64,000 nucleotides of DNA from Carpediemonas membranifera BICM (GCA_019828565.1 JAHDYR010000062.1:1002421-1066420), one strand, 5' to 3'. Numbered from the stretch's first letter, positions 11,498-24,208 are shown. The notes: generated by a model from the letters alone, not told the origin. Numbers and translations: made by a program.

Positions 11498-12938
11498 TTA
11501 CTCGCGGGGCATGTTAATCCACTCAGCCATGTATCTGGCGATGCTGGCACGCTGGGCGGTCAGCTGCGGAGGGTCTGTGGGCAGGGCCTTCTTCATGTCG
11601 CCGCAGTGGCCGCAGTCACGGCACCACGCAGTCATGGCCGGCTGGTCGGCGCTCAGTGTCTTCTCGACCGCGGCGTGACGCCAGGGGTCGGACCCACCGT
11701 TCGAGAAGAAGACGCGGTGTGCGTGGGGGTGCTCACCGCCGTAGTGGTCCTGCGTGCGGTCGGTGTGGGGCTCGAGGTGGTTGCCGTAGACCCGGTTGCA
11801 GAAATCATGGTGGCCGTCGAGCGTCACATACGTCGGCGACCGGATACTGCGGCCCGCGGGGGCAACCTGGAAGTAGGCGAGACGCGAGCACTTCTCGAAC
11901 CACCACTGCTTCTGGCTAGAGGAGGTGTCGATCTTGCTGCCGGCGAGGTAGTTGCCGTCGTAGTACATGGCGCCGGCGGGATTCATTACAGGGTTGAACC
12001 AAGTCATAATGTACTCGTAGAAGGCGTCCATGAGGGCCTCATCGCCCTTGGGGGCCGCGTCGACAAGAGGGTCGCAGATGGTTGACTGTGTTAAACTGCA
12101 CATTTTGGGAACGAACGCTGTGGCCGTACTGGAAGGGAAGGGACATGGCATCGGCGACGAAGTAGAAGAAGTCGAACATGCGCATGTTGGTAGGGGCATG
12201 GTACTTGTTGAGGGTGGCCTTGGTGTCCTTGGCCATCGCCCGCTCGATCGCCTCGCGGGTGTGGATGACGGCATCGAGGCAAGTCGTGGAGTAGTTGTTG
12301 GCAGTAGCCTGGATCTGGAGGTCGAAGGCGGTGAACTCGTTGATGGCGTTGATGACGCCGCTAGAGGACAGGGCCGCGTGGATGAGGTGGGGGTACTTCA
12401 GACGCATCCAGCAGCTCATCGCGCCAGAGTAGGAGCCGCCGAAGGCCACCCAGCGGTCGCGGGGGATGCCGTCGAAGCCGGGGCCGTGGAGCTGCTCGTC
12501 GATGAACTTGACGAACTCAGCAAGATCCTCGAGAGCCTGCTCCGGGGTGAGCCAGCGGAGGTTGGGAGTCGACCAGTCGGGACGGGGCTGGGTCTCGCCG
12601 TAGTAGCGATGCTCGAGGGCAACGATCAGGGCGCCGTGCTTCTTGGCAAGGACGGCAACCTCGTCGCCGCCAGAGGGAGGCCCGTTCAGGGGAGCCTCCT
12701 CGCCGAAGGAGAGGAAGACGAGGCCCTTGCTCTTGTCGTAGTACTGGTCGTTGATGTAGTACCGGTTCTTGAAGGTATCCGTGACCGTGGGGTCGTAGTG
12801 ATCGAGCTGCATGTCCACCCACTTGGCGGGGAACGTAGCGTCGTCAGTGGCCTCCAAATAATGGCTGTACGGATGCACAAGCTGGAATGAAGCTGCAAAG
12901 AGCGCAACCAAGCAGAGGACTTGGATGGTTATCTGCAT
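11498..12938 (-). CDS. Secreted/lysosomal serine peptidase family S28 (PRSS16/PRCP-like); intron 12086-12116
   Basis: Signal peptide, QLDHY, LEHRYYGET, GGSYSG nucleophile, NGGSDPW, HCGD. A 31-nt GT..AG intron joins the two ORFs in frame. Confidence 0.92.
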
Positions 12939-13019
12939 TTCGCGTTGTGGTGTTCAACGCGAGTCAAGACCGGATTATCGAGAGTACGATTCAGGTCAGA
13001 TGAGCGCATAATAGTCTGT

Positions 13020-13583
13020 TTACAGGGCGAAGTTGAGGTCTGCACAAGGCACCACCCTCGAGATCTTGGGTAGGATCTTCTGCATGGCCATGTTGTGCAG
13101 CTCGGTCTCCAGCCCTGAGCACAGGTCCTCGACCACGGTCATGTTGTACCCAATCTCCCACCCATGTCGCACGGTGGACTCGACGCCCATGTTGGTGATG
13201 ATGCCGCCAATCACAATGTGGTCGATCCCGCGCCGACGTAGCTGGACGTCCAGGTCGGTGCCAGTGAACGCGCCCCACTGATGCTTGAGCACAATGATGT
13301 CGCCGTCATGCACGAGGTCGGTGTCGAGCTGCTGCCAGTCCTCCGGGAGGCTGCCGTATCTCGAGGGCGCGTCAGCGTGGCCCTTGGGGGCGTCAGCGAA
13401 GTCTTTGAACCAACCGACATGAACAAGGACGACAGGGGCATTATGGGCCCGGAAATTGGCGGCAACGTCCTTTGCGCGGGCCAGGACGTCAGCTGTCGGA
13501 TATGGCTGCGTGGGAAGGCGCATAATGCCATACTGGAGGTCAATGAGTACAAGCGCAGTCCTTTTTGGATCAATATCTATCAT
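13020..13583 (-). CDS. Isochorismatase/cysteine-hydrolase family protein, YecD-like
   Basis: TALVLIDLQ, VHVGW, KHQWGAFTGTDLDVQLRRRGI and TNMGVESTVR closely follow enterobacterial YecD as recalled; intronless. Confidence 0.9.
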   Translation of the reverse strand: MIDIDPKRTALVLIDLQYGIMRLPTQPYPTADVLARAKDVAANFRAHNAPVVLVHVGWFKDFADAPKGHADAPSRYGSLPEDWQQLDTDLVHDGDIIVLKHQWGAFTGTDLDVQLRRRGIDHIVIGGIITNMGVESTVRHGWEIGYNMTVVEDLCSGLETELHNMAMQKILPKISRVVPCADLNFAL

Positions 13584-13887
13584 ACCGGCTATATGGGAGA
13601 CACAGCAGCAGTGTGATGCGGGTGATGCTTCCGCACCTTTAGACCGAGGCAGCGTTGGCCGGCACCAAGGAGTACTCGAACAACAAGCACTCCAACGTGC
13701 CAGCAGACATGGACTCGACCCAGGTTGCCGTTGGCGACGCCTTGGTTGCGAGATCGAATCACGAACATAGATACACAGACCGACGGATCACGGCCAGCCA
13801 GCCCTATCTCGAAGCGACATATCGCTCATCCGGGCGCCACAGCGATTCTTCAACACTCCGCAGTTTAGCCCCACCACGACTGCCCTG

Positions 13888-15369
13888 ATGACGTGGGCAG
13901 ACTTGGTTGGAGCGAAGAGCGTTCCAGCACAGAACAGCACAGAGGATGCTAGATCCGCGAATATTGAGAGGAATATGGCGCCAAAAGCCACTGCTAACTC
14001 AAACCAGCCAGTGACGAACATTCCTAACCCTACCGAGCTTTCCGAGATGGAAGGCATCCCTATTCTTATGCACAAGACTATCAAGCTATCCATTCCCACC
14101 GAGAAGGAGCTCCACACGATGTTCCAGTCGTTCAACAGACGTAAGCCCCTCATGATCCCAGGATCAGCGCCCTCCTGCGTGATGAACACGCCGCTCTTCC
14201 ACGTCAACGACATCCCCATATACGACCCCGCCCAGCCCGTGGACCCAGAGCTCCTGCGGCAGTACGTCTATCGGCAGGTGGACGCCGTCCTCGAGCAGGC
14301 GGAGCACGGAGCCTTCCCCCAGCACTGCCACAGCTCCATATACCGCGGCCTCGTCAACACGAAGAACCTCTGCTTCCTCCACTCCACAATCCAGGTACTG
14401 CTCGCGGTGCCCGAGCTGGCCTTCGTCTTCTCAACACTGGCCGACCGCCGGCTCTCCCACAAGGCCACGCTCCCCATGACGTACCGCTTCACTCACCTCG
14501 TAGCTCGGTGCCGCCATGCCAAGGCTGGGCCCCGTGCGAATGGCGTGTGGGGCGCGAGGGGCACCGGTCTGGTCATACCGCCGCCCACGGCTGCCGAGGA
14601 GTTCCACGACCTCTACGGACGCACGCCCGTGGAGCAGCAGGATGCCCACGAGTTCTTGCAGACGGCCCTGGAGGAGCTGCACCGCGAGTTCCGACTCGTC
14701 ATGGCCGAGTGCCGTGACGTCAAACGGCAGGAGGCTCCCTGGTCGGTTCGGGTCGGCGGGTCCGTCGTCCAGACGGTGGAGGGCGGGTCTAGTGAGCAGA
14801 GCCTCGTCACGGCGCTGTTCGGCGGGTCATTCAGGTCAACGACGGTCCGCCCCCACGCCCCGCCCAGCGTGACGGCGCAGATGTTCACCACGTGTCCTGT
14901 GAACGTTATCACAGCGGACGTGACCTCAGTTAAGGAGGCGATGGCCGCCCAGGCCGCACCAGAGCAGATCGAGTCCAGCGCGGGCACTATTACCCGCACG
15001 CTTTTGTTCGACAAGCTGCCAGAGACGCTAGTCATCCACATCAGTAGGGCAGGGTTCGACCCGTACTCTGGGGAGTATGGTAAGGTCCGCAAGGCCATCG
15101 TCGTGGACAGCACACTCGAGCTCGACGCCGAGACGGTCACCCGCACCAAGACGGTTTACTCCCTGACCGCCACGGTGGACCACCACGGCAAGCGCAGTGA
15201 GCGGGGTCATTTCACGGCGTCTCTGTTCATGCGACCGATGACGGACGGTGCGGTGGGCCGGCAGCAGTGGCTCCTGTTCAACGATGCCAAGGTCCGGCCC
15301 ATGCAGGGCTGCGAGGTGACGGGGTTGAATGAGACGGCGTACCTGCTGTTCTACACGAGGGAGTCGTGA
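13888..15369 (+). CDS. Ubiquitin carboxyl-terminal hydrolase (USP; USP10/Ubp3-like)
   Basis: Cys box GLVNTKNLCF, QQDAHEFL, His box HHG....GHF, FNDAKV, AYLLFY. Confidence 0.9.
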   Translation: MTWADLVGAKSVPAQNSTEDARSANIERNMAPKATANSNQPVTNIPNPTELSEMEGIPILMHKTIKLSIPTEKELHTMFQSFNRRKPLMIPGSAPSCVMNTPLFHVNDIPIYDPAQPVDPELLRQYVYRQVDAVLEQAEHGAFPQHCHSSIYRGLVNTKNLCFLHSTIQVLLAVPELAFVFSTLADRRLSHKATLPMTYRFTHLVARCRHAKAGPRANGVWGARGTGLVIPPPTAAEEFHDLYGRTPVEQQDAHEFLQTALEELHREFRLVMAECRDVKRQEAPWSVRVGGSVVQTVEGGSSEQSLVTALFGGSFRSTTVRPHAPPSVTAQMFTTCPVNVITADVTSVKEAMAAQAAPEQIESSAGTITRTLLFDKLPETLVIHISRAGFDPYSGEYGKVRKAIVVDSTLELDAETVTRTKTVYSLTATVDHHGKRSERGHFTASLFMRPMTDGAVGRQQWLLFNDAKVRPMQGCEVTGLNETAYLLFYTRES

Positions 15370-15403
15370 CGTGTTTATAGTAAATACAGCCGGCCGGTTC
15401 ATC

Positions 15404-17638
15404 TCAAAGGTACTCGTTCAGTCGGGCCCGCAACCCAGCCGCCAGGCCCCGCTCCTCCTCGCTCAGGGCGTCCCACACTACTGCCAGGCGGCGTGCACAC
15501 CACTGCAGCACGGGCGTGTGCCCCAGCCGCTCGGCGACGTCGACAACCTCCTCAGGGAACCCGGCCGCGTGGGATGCGGTGCCGACCCGGACCGACGCCT
15601 CCTCCCAGCAGCGGGGGCCAAGGCAGAAGGCCAGATAGACCATGGCGTCCGTCACGGACAGGAGCACGCCGGGTCGGGTGACGAGGACGCCGAGGACCAA
15701 GGAGGGCACGGCGACGGGGGTCAGCTCGTCGTCGTCGCCCGACGTCATGAGCAGCGTGCTGTGGGGCGTGTCGTCGAGCGTCCTCCAGGGCAGCGTAAGG
15801 TCCGTCTCCTTGAGCGGCTCCCCCCGGAAGAACGAGGACGCCCAGCCCCGCGGTCTTAGGGCAAACAGCGCCGCCGTCAGGTCCGCGTACAGGGCCCGGA
15901 ATCCGCACTTCTGCAGCAGCCGCCGCTCCCTGAGAGTCGGTGTGGTACCCGCGGCAACCCACCTCAGCACCGTGTCGACTGTCTGCACGTCTGTCAGCTG
16001 CAGGTAGCGGGTCAGCTCCTGGACCTGGCGCAGGGTGGCGGGGGTGAGCTTCCTCAGCTCTGACAGTAGATGGATGCTGTCGCCCGTGTACATGAAGCCC
16101 AGCATTGGCCGTAACACATCGAGCGTGACGTCCGGCCAGTCAACCCCGCGGAGGAAGGACTCGCGCATGGTCGACCGGCGCAGGTGCTGGAAGTACTGGC
16201 TGCGGGATGCGAGGAGGTCGAGGTGGGCGAGCTCGAGGCCGTCGGCAACGGCGATGGTGAAGTCCGTAGTGGCCGGGGACCGCATAATGGAGCAAAGCCA
16301 CTGTCTCATGGCCGACATCTGCAGGTGTGCGTGGCCCGCGGTCTCCTCGTTGTTCCGGATACGGTCGGCAAGCGCTGCGGGGTGTTCGAGGGGCCCGGAG
16401 TCGTTGAGAACGTCGACGGCGAGCAGCGCGGGTGACGCCGCCACCGCCTGCATGAGCGCTGTGGCAGCCTCAGGCTCGTCGAACCCGTCAACGAAGACGA
16501 ACGACGTCAGGCGGGACAGCGACGCGACGAGTGTCCCGATGGACCGGCCCTCGTCTTCCCTCAGTACCCGCTCGTCGTAGAGCCGGCGGATGCGGAGATG
16601 CCGGATGGACCCACAGAATCTGAGGCCCGATAGGACGGCCTCAATGGCGCGCTCGTCGAACAGTGACTCAATATCGAGTCGAGTCAGAGTCGGCATGTGA
16701 CCCAGGGCGACTCCCAAGGATGACGCCTCGGGGACGGCGATGGCGGTGATCTCTGACCGGCGTAGGTACAGGGCCGACAGCAGTGACTGGCCGCGGAGGG
16801 CGTCGACGAGGGCGAAGGTGGCGCCGGGATGGAACACCGCAGTCAGCGTCAGACTCTGCAGGGAAGGGCACTGGGCGGTGACTGCCCCAAGCCGGGCCGC
16901 CTCCTCCTTGCGAATGGATCCGATACCGATCTCAAGGGAGTGTAGCTTGCACGGCTGCCCAAGGAGCGGCCCGAAGATGACGTCCGCACCCATCTGGAAC
17001 AGTGCCTTGATCGTAAGCGTGGTCACACCCAACCCTGGTAGGGCCTTACTCAACTCAGTGCACTCGTCGGCGTGGATCTGGCGCGTGCTCGTGTCAGCAA
17101 GGTCGAGAGCCACGAGTGATGGCGACCGGGCAAGAGTGTCGACGAGACTGACAAGGGCGCCTGGCCCGAACTTACTACTGAATGTGAGCCTCTCAAGCGA
17201 CGTTACTGCGAGGATAGCCCGACCCACGTCGCCGTCCTGGGCGACCTCCTCGGCAGACAGCGGGCCCTCCATGGTCAGGGTCAGGTCAAGCATCGCACTG
17301 GACGTCTTCAAACCTGAGAGGAGGGCGCGGGTGTTGGGTTTGCTGAACGGTGATGTGATGGTGAGTTTCGCAAGATTGCGCAGACTAGACACCATTCGGC
17401 CGATGCCTAGGGCTTTTTCGACAGGAAGATGCTGCCCAAGATTATGTAATATGACGTCTGCTACCGCGTTAGTATTCGCAAACTGTTCTAAAGTGGTCTT
17501 TGCCTCGTCCTCGTTGAAATCTGAGGAAAGGGTGATCCGTGCGATGTCAGTGAACTGCGCTATTGATTTCCCAAGCTTAATTGCATCATCTATTCGCAGT
17601 ATTTCCCCGAGACGAGTGAGATACGGGTCAAGGTCCAT
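15404..17638 (-). CDS. RNI-like leucine-rich repeat protein with C-terminal BTB/POZ domain
   Basis: Repeated LxxLxL motifs, then TDFTIAV...AHLDLLASRSQYF..MRES..MLGFMYTG (BTB). The ATG at 17638 is preferred because the longer ORF overlaps TBCCD1. Confidence 0.8.
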   Translation of the reverse strand: MDLDPYLTRLGEILRIDDAIKLGKSIAQFTDIARITLSSDFNEDEAKTTLEQFANTNAVADVILHNLGQHLPVEKALGIGRMVSSLRNLAKLTITSPFSKPNTRALLSGLKTSSAMLDLTLTMEGPLSAEEVAQDGDVGRAILAVTSLERLTFSSKFGPGALVSLVDTLARSPSLVALDLADTSTRQIHADECTELSKALPGLGVTTLTIKALFQMGADVIFGPLLGQPCKLHSLEIGIGSIRKEEAARLGAVTAQCPSLQSLTLTAVFHPGATFALVDALRGQSLLSALYLRRSEITAIAVPEASSLGVALGHMPTLTRLDIESLFDERAIEAVLSGLRFCGSIRHLRIRRLYDERVLREDEGRSIGTLVASLSRLTSFVFVDGFDEPEAATALMQAVAASPALLAVDVLNDSGPLEHPAALADRIRNNEETAGHAHLQMSAMRQWLCSIMRSPATTDFTIAVADGLELAHLDLLASRSQYFQHLRRSTMRESFLRGVDWPDVTLDVLRPMLGFMYTGDSIHLLSELRKLTPATLRQVQELTRYLQLTDVQTVDTVLRWVAAGTTPTLRERRLLQKCGFRALYADLTAALFALRPRGWASSFFRGEPLKETDLTLPWRTLDDTPHSTLLMTSGDDDELTPVAVPSLVLGVLVTRPGVLLSVTDAMVYLAFCLGPRCWEEASVRVGTASHAAGFPEEVVDVAERLGHTPVLQWCARRLAVVWDALSEEERGLAAGLRARLNEYL

Positions 17639-17785
17639 CGCCACGAAACACTTGATATAAAATGCGAAGACCCAGGACCACAAAAGGACCGGCCCGGGTA
17701 ACACTTGTAGATCGGTCACATCATAGCCATGCTTTTTGAGGCAGGCTGAGTCAATTTCTCGGTTGTGTTTCAAAACGAAGCAGTG

Positions 17786-19295
17786 ATGCCCGATTCGTTG
17801 CTGTGGTGCAGGGAGGAGGTATTTGATATCGCAAAGTTCCCTCTCCCACACAACACGTTCACAATCAATGCACTTCCACATCTTGCCCGGTTGTTCGCGA
17901 GTGCAGATTCATCGCGCAAATATACAGTTAGCTTCACCACTTGGGCGAAGATTGCAACACAACTGCTTCACTTTAGCAATGAACTAGCACAGCTGTATGT
18001 CAATAGCCTCCCATCGCTCACACAGTGTCTTCACGACATTCACGGCTCTCAAACACGGCCAGGGGTCCCAAACGATACCTGCATCCGTCGACGGCCCCGA
18101 GTTCCTGGCCTTCCTGTTCACGACCCTCTTCCACACCTCTTCATTCCGCACCCGCCGCAACACCCGCTTCCCCACGGAGACGTCGCCCACCGCGCCCTTC
18201 CCCTCACCTCATTCGCCGGCGTCCCCGGGATCCCCAGCATATAACGTCTCCTCGGGTCCTGGTCAGGCCGAGTACCAGGCGTTCGTCAGCGCACACTTGG
18301 TGACGCTGCTGTCGAGCCTGAGCCTGGCAGTGAGCGGCACCCCGGCAGTCGGCACTGTCCTCACGGTTTCCCCGCGCCACATCAACGCCCTTGGCATCTT
18401 CCTGTCGGGTGGGGACGGCAACTTCCAGGTTTCCGCGCTCTCCCAGCTTGTCCCCGAGCTGTTGGACGCGTCAGACATGATCCCCGTCCCCACTGTCGTT
18501 GCCGCTCTTAACGGCATGTTCAGACCGGACATCGACGACATCACACCCGACCCAGTGGCCGAGCAGCCGCCAGGCATGATCCCCCGGGAGATTCCGACTG
18601 TGATCAGCGGCCAGCTGAAGTCGACTGTAGTCCAGTCCGCTGAGGGCGACCTGGTCATCACAGACTGCACCAAGTCGACCATTTACATCCTGTCGCCCGT
18701 CCGGACCGCCCGGATCAGCGGCTGCTCCGAGTGCACCATCGTCATCGGGGCAGTGTCAGGCGTCGCCATCGTACAGGAGTGCACGCGCATGACCATCATC
18801 GCTGCGACGACGGCCATCCACCTCCTGGCCAGCACGGACAGCACCGCCCACCTCATCTGCAAGACCAGGCCCGCCGTGCTCCAGGGTTGCCGCAACGTCG
18901 TCTTCGGGCCGTACAACACCGTGTTCGACTCTCTCGACGCCGACCTGACCGCGGCGGGGCTGTCGGCGTGTGTCAACCAGTGGGACCGACCCGTAGTGAT
19001 CGGGGCGGACGCCTGGTCGCTCCAGGACCCAGGCGACTTCTACCCGTTCGTCGTGCCGTTTAACAACGACCGCGGCATGATCAACCCCGCCTCCCTGCCC
19101 GAGCCGTATGCGTCGGCCCTGCGGCAGAGGATCGAGGCGGTCAGCACGATCCACCGCATGGTCAGGTCCGACGAGCTCAGCCGGGACGCCAGGGCCGAGC
19201 TCAACGCGGCCATCCAGCGCTTGTTCAAGATGTGGCTGGGCGCCACGGGCAATGCGCGGCAGGTTACAGAGCTGATGACGCTAGAGACGAGGTAG
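17786..19295 (+). CDS. TBCCD1: TBCC domain-containing protein 1; intron 17995-18025
   Basis: TBCC beta-helix (ITDCTKSTIYIL..ISGCSECTIVIGAV..FGPYNT..NQWD). A 31-nt intron joins the upstream exon (MPDSLLWCREEVF) in frame. Confidence 0.85.
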
Positions 19296-19380
19296 CTGGC
19301 CATAAACTGCCTTGACTGGACCATGATAAAAGATGATGGATAGAAGTGTGGTACTCATCAAAGAGACATGTGTGGGGTGT

Positions 19381-20302
19381 TTAAAGCTCATCCTTGGAGT
19401 CGTCGACGACCTGCTTCTTGTCGACCTTGGTCTGGAGGTCGGCGTTCTCGGCCTCGAGCTCGGCGACACGGGCCTCAGCCTCGGCGATGCGCTCGTGGAC
19501 ATCACGCTCGGTCTCGGCCTGGCGGGCCTCCTCAGCCTTGTGCATCATCTCCTGCTGGACGATGAGCTCGGGCTCGGACGTGAGGGTGTCGATGAAGAGG
19601 GACAGGGCGGGCACAGTGCGGGGCATGTTGTATTGCAGCAGCTGGCCGTCGTGCAGGCCGAACACAGTGGGGAAGCCCTTAACACCGGCGCTGGCACAGA
19701 ACTCCTGAGTCTCCTCGTTGAGGGAGCACTCGATCTCGGCGAGGATGGCGCGATCCTCGTAGATGGTGGCGGCCTTGGCGTAGACGGGGGCGAGGGCCTT
19801 GCAATGGCCGCACCACTGCTCGAAGCACTTGATCATGACGGGGAGGGAGCGGGTGTAGAGCTCCTCGATCTCGGCCTTGGACGTGAGGGTGAGGACGAGC
19901 TCATCGTTGCCCTCCATGCGCTTGTAAGTCATGGCCTGGGTTAGGGCCTCTTCGGTGGTGCCGCCAACGCGGTCGACACCCTCCTCGGGGGTCACGATAA
20001 ACAAAAGGGGGAGAAGGCTGTCGTCGAAGCCCTGGGAGAACACCTCCTTGTTCTCATCAAGTTGCTTGTCGACGCAGATGAACCTAAGTAAGAATAGAAA
20101 CTGGGAGTAAGACAAACCGGAAGCCCTCGAACAGCTCCTGGCCCTCAAGGTTCTTGAGGATGTCCATAGTATCGGCGTGAGTGTCGGAATCGGCAAAAGC
20201 GACGATGAGGTTGTCACGGAGGTCCTTCATTTCCTCAAATGATACATAGTCAAGAGAGAATACGGTGGCAATAAGGACACAGAGAATCAAGGCTTTGATC
20301 AT
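19381..20302 (-). CDS. ER protein disulfide isomerase/thioredoxin-like protein; intron 20084-20117
   Basis: Signal peptide in exon 1, WCGHC active site, C-terminal KDEL; the 34-nt GT..AG intron restores frame. Confidence 0.9.
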
Positions 20303-20495
20303 GGATTACTGCAACCAGTATTTCGTTTCGACTGTGCGATGAGTCATGCTGTGTCATCGATTTGTCAGAGGGCGACATGAGCATCACTGAGTATACTGGA
20401 GCGAGAAATCAACAGAAGCATGGCCAACATGCGAGCATGGCGCTCAATTTGACCGTATTTTGCCAGCTTTGTCAAATCTGGCAAAACGACGTTTG

Positions 20496-20921
20496 ATGTT
20501 CAGAATCTGTACCAGCTCGCTATCGAGAGATCAAGAGGAAGAACTGAAGAAAATACTAGCTGAGATCATGGATCGCGATGAAGTTTTCCCCGGGACGTGT
20601 GCCTGTAGCGTTGTTCGATACACAAAGTCGTCATTCTCGACGATTGCCGAGTCTTGTGGCGAAAACCAGGTACCTTTTGATGCATTGGGCAGTTTGATGG
20701 CTGCTTCCAAGTCTATGTGTGATGCACTCTCACAGACAGTTCTTTCCATCATGCACATCCGGCAGATCGACAGTATCACGAGCATCTACAGCCTTTGCGA
20801 TAACAAATACCTCGTTTTCAAGTCCTACATGCCATCCATCGCCGTGGAGGGGTTCGATACGTCTGCCGCCGACATGGAACTGACCGGTGTCCTCGAGCGC
20901 CTCATTGCGGTATTCCAGTGA
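20496..20921 (+). CDS. Hypothetical ~141-aa protein (possible roadblock/longin-like alpha/beta fold)
   Basis: ORF fills the intergenic space with plausible codon usage; the fold is a guess from sequence pattern. Confidence 0.5.
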   Translation: MFRICTSSLSRDQEEELKKILAEIMDRDEVFPGTCACSVVRYTKSSFSTIAESCGENQVPFDALGSLMAASKSMCDALSQTVLSIMHIRQIDSITSIYSLCDNKYLVFKSYMPSIAVEGFDTSAADMELTGVLERLIAVFQ

Positions 20922-21220
20922 GCGACGGGTGATAGAATGCGACTAGAACGACTCAGCCTGACATAAAATCTCAGGGGCGATTCCGGCTGGCGAATTATGC
21001 CAGAGTTCTCCTGGCCGTCTAAAAATTTACCCCATAACTAGCATGCTATCAGGCTGTTTAGAGTGAAACTGGGCAGTACAGCCCCACGGTAAATGCTTGT
21101 TTGTCCGACCGTGAGTGCGTGTTTTCGCGAGGATTGATTTTCCCGGATTGATTTGACAGAGCACTGCACGATGTTTGTCTTCCTCTTTCGCTCAACACTC
21201 ACATAGACCAAGCAACGCAC

Positions 21221-21658
21221 ATGGCTGCTGTAGGCATCGATCTCGGTACGACGTACTCTTGCGTCGGTGTATTCATGAACGACCGCGTGGAGATTATTGC
21301 CAACGACCAAGGTAACCGCACAACCCCCTCCTACGTCGCCTTCAACGAGGATGAGCGTCTCATTGGCGAGGCTGCTAAGAACCAGACCGCCATGAACCCT
21401 GCCAACACCGTCTTCGACGCCAAGCGTCTCATCGGCCGCAGATTTAACGACCGCGAGGTGCAGCAGGATATGCTCCACTACAGCTTCAAGGTCGTTTCTG
21501 GCGCCGGCGACAAGCCCGTCATCCAGGTTCAGCACAAGGGTGAGGCCCGCACCTTCCAGGTCGAAGAGATCTCCGGCATGGTCCTCCAGAAGATGAAGGA
21601 GACCGCCGAGTCCTACCTCGGCAAGGACGTCAAGAAGGCTGTCATCACCGTCCCCGCT

Positions 21659-21699
<41 letters not shown>

Positions 21700-23193
21700 C
21701 CAGATCGCCGGCCTCGAGGTCCTCCGCATCATCAACGAGCCCACCGCCGCCGCTATCGCCTACGGCCTCGACAACAAGTCCGAGAGTGAGAAGAACATCC
21801 TGATCTTCGATCTTGGCGGTGGCACCTTCGATGTCTCTCTGCTCACCATCGACGAGGGCATCTTCGAGGTCAAGGCCACAGCTGGTGACACTCACCTCGG
21901 CGGCGAGGACTTCGACAGCCGCATGGTCAACCACTTCGTGACTGAGTTCAAGCGCAAGCACAAGATGGACATCACTGGCAACGCCCGCTCCATGCACCGT
22001 CTCCGCACCGCCTGCGAGCGCGCCAAGCGCACCCTGTCCTCCTCCACCCAGGCCGCCATCGAGATCGACTCTCTCTACGAGGGCGTCGACTTCTTCACTA
22101 ACATCACCCGTGCCCGCTTCGAGGACCTCTGCGGCGACCTCTTCCGTGCCTGCATCGACCCTGTCCAGCGCGTGCTCACCGATGCCAAGCTCGACAAGAC
22201 CAAGATCCACGAGATCGTGCTCGTTGGTGGCTCTACCCGCATCCCCAAAGGTGCAGCAGCTGCTCAAGGACTTCTTCAACGGCAAGGAGCCCTGCAAGAA
22301 CATCAACCCCGATGAGGCCGTCGCCTACGGTGCCGCCGTCCAGGCCGCCATCCTCTCCGGCGACAAGTCCGAGAAGGTCTCCGACCTCCTCCTGCTCGAC
22401 GTCACGCCCCTCTCGCTCGGCATCGAGACCGCCGGCGGCGTGATGACCACCCTCATCAAGCGCAACACCACGATCCCCCGCGCACGCCAAGGAGACCTTC
22501 TCCACCTTCGCCGACAACCAGCCCGCCGTGACCATCCAGGTCTTCGAGGGCGAGCGCGCCCGCACTCGCGACTGCAACAAGCTCGGCACCTTCGACCTTA
22601 ACGGCATCCCCCCCGCCCCCCGCGGTGTCCCCAAGATTGAGGTGTCCTTCGACATCGACGCCAACGGCATCCTCCAGGTCACCGCGGAGGACAAGAGCTC
22701 GGGCAACCGTCAGCAGATCACGATCACCAACGACTCCGGCCGCCTCTCCAAGGAGGATATCGAGCGCATGGTTTCGGACGCCGAGCGGTTCAAGGCTGAC
22801 GACGAGAAGGTGCGTGAGAAGATCGAGGCCCGCAATGGCCTCGAGAACTTCGCCTACTCCCTCCGCAACACCATCGAGGACGAGAAGTTCAAGGACAAGA
22901 TCTCCGCTGAGGACAAGGAGAAGCTTGAGTCCGAGATCAAGAACGTCATGAGCTGGCTCGACACCCACGTCGACTCCGAGAAGGAGGAGTTCGATGCCAA
23001 GAAGAAGGAGCTCGAGGAGGTCTCGACCCCCATCATGACCAAGCTCTACTCCGAGGCCCAGGGTGCCCAGGGCGGCATGCCCGGCGGGATGCCCGACATG
23101 AGTGGCATGGGCGGGATGCCCGGTGGCATGCCTGGCGGTATGCCCGGTGCGGCTCCCTCTGGTGCCGGCCCCACCGTCGAGGAGCTCGACTAA
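21221..23193 (+). CDS. HSP70: Cytosolic HSP70, copy 1 (two +1 homopolymer frameshifts, probably sequencing errors)
   Basis: [32 protein letters not shown] repeats, GPTVEELD. Extra A at 22247-22249 and extra C at 22475-22479 relative to copy 2. Confidence 0.95.
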
Positions 23194-23729
23194 GCAGACT
23201 TTAAAATCATAGACTCTTACTGCCCCGGTTGTGCTGCCACGGCTGACACAACTGATATGACATGATGTCGATAGATCGACAGTATCACGAGCATCTACAG
23301 CCTTTGCGATAACAAATACCTCGTTTTCAAGTCCTACATGCCATCCATCGCCGTGGAGGGGTTCGATACGTCTGCCGCCGACATGGAACTGACCGGTGTC
23401 CTCGAGCGCCTCATTGCGGTATTCCAGTGAGCGACGGGTGATAGAATGCGACTAGAACGACTCAGCCTGACATAAAATCTCAGGGGCGATTCCGGCTGGC
23501 GAATTATGCCAGAGTTCTCCTGGCCGTCTAAAAATTTACCCCATAACTAGCATGCTATCAGGCTGTTTAGAGTGAAACTGGGCAGTACAGCCCCACGGTA
23601 AATGCTTGTTTGTCCGACCGTGAGTGCGTGTTTTCGCGAGGATTGATTTTCCCGGATTGATTTGACAGAGCACTGCACGATGTTTGTCTTCCTCTTTCGC
23701 TCAACACTCACATAGACCAAGCAACGCAC

Positions 23730-24167
23730 ATGGCTGCTGTAGGCATCGATCTCGGTACGACGTACTCTTGCGTCGGTGTATTCATGAACGACCGCGTGGA
23801 GATTATTGCCAACGACCAAGGTAACCGCACAACCCCCTCCTACGTCGCCTTCAACGAGGATGAGCGTCTCATTGGCGAGGCTGCTAAGAACCAGACCGCC
23901 ATGAACCCTGCCAACACCGTCTTCGACGCCAAGCGTCTCATCGGCCGCAGATTTAACGACCGCGAGGTGCAGCAGGATATGCTCCACTACAGCTTCAAGG
24001 TCGTTTCTGGCGCCGGCGACAAGCCCGTCATCCAGGTTCAGCACAAGGGTGAGGCCCGCACCTTCCAGGTCGAAGAGATCTCCGGCATGGTCCTCCAGAA
24101 GATGAAGGAGACCGCCGAGTCCTACCTCGGCAAGGACGTCAAGAAGGCTGTCATCACCGTCCCCGCT

Positions 24168-24208
<41 letters not shown>

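Noticed and set aside
20930-21015. Heat-shock elements upstream of HSP70 (AGAAT..AGAAC, GAGTTCTC)
   Set aside because: No three contiguous inverted nGAAn units; could be chance
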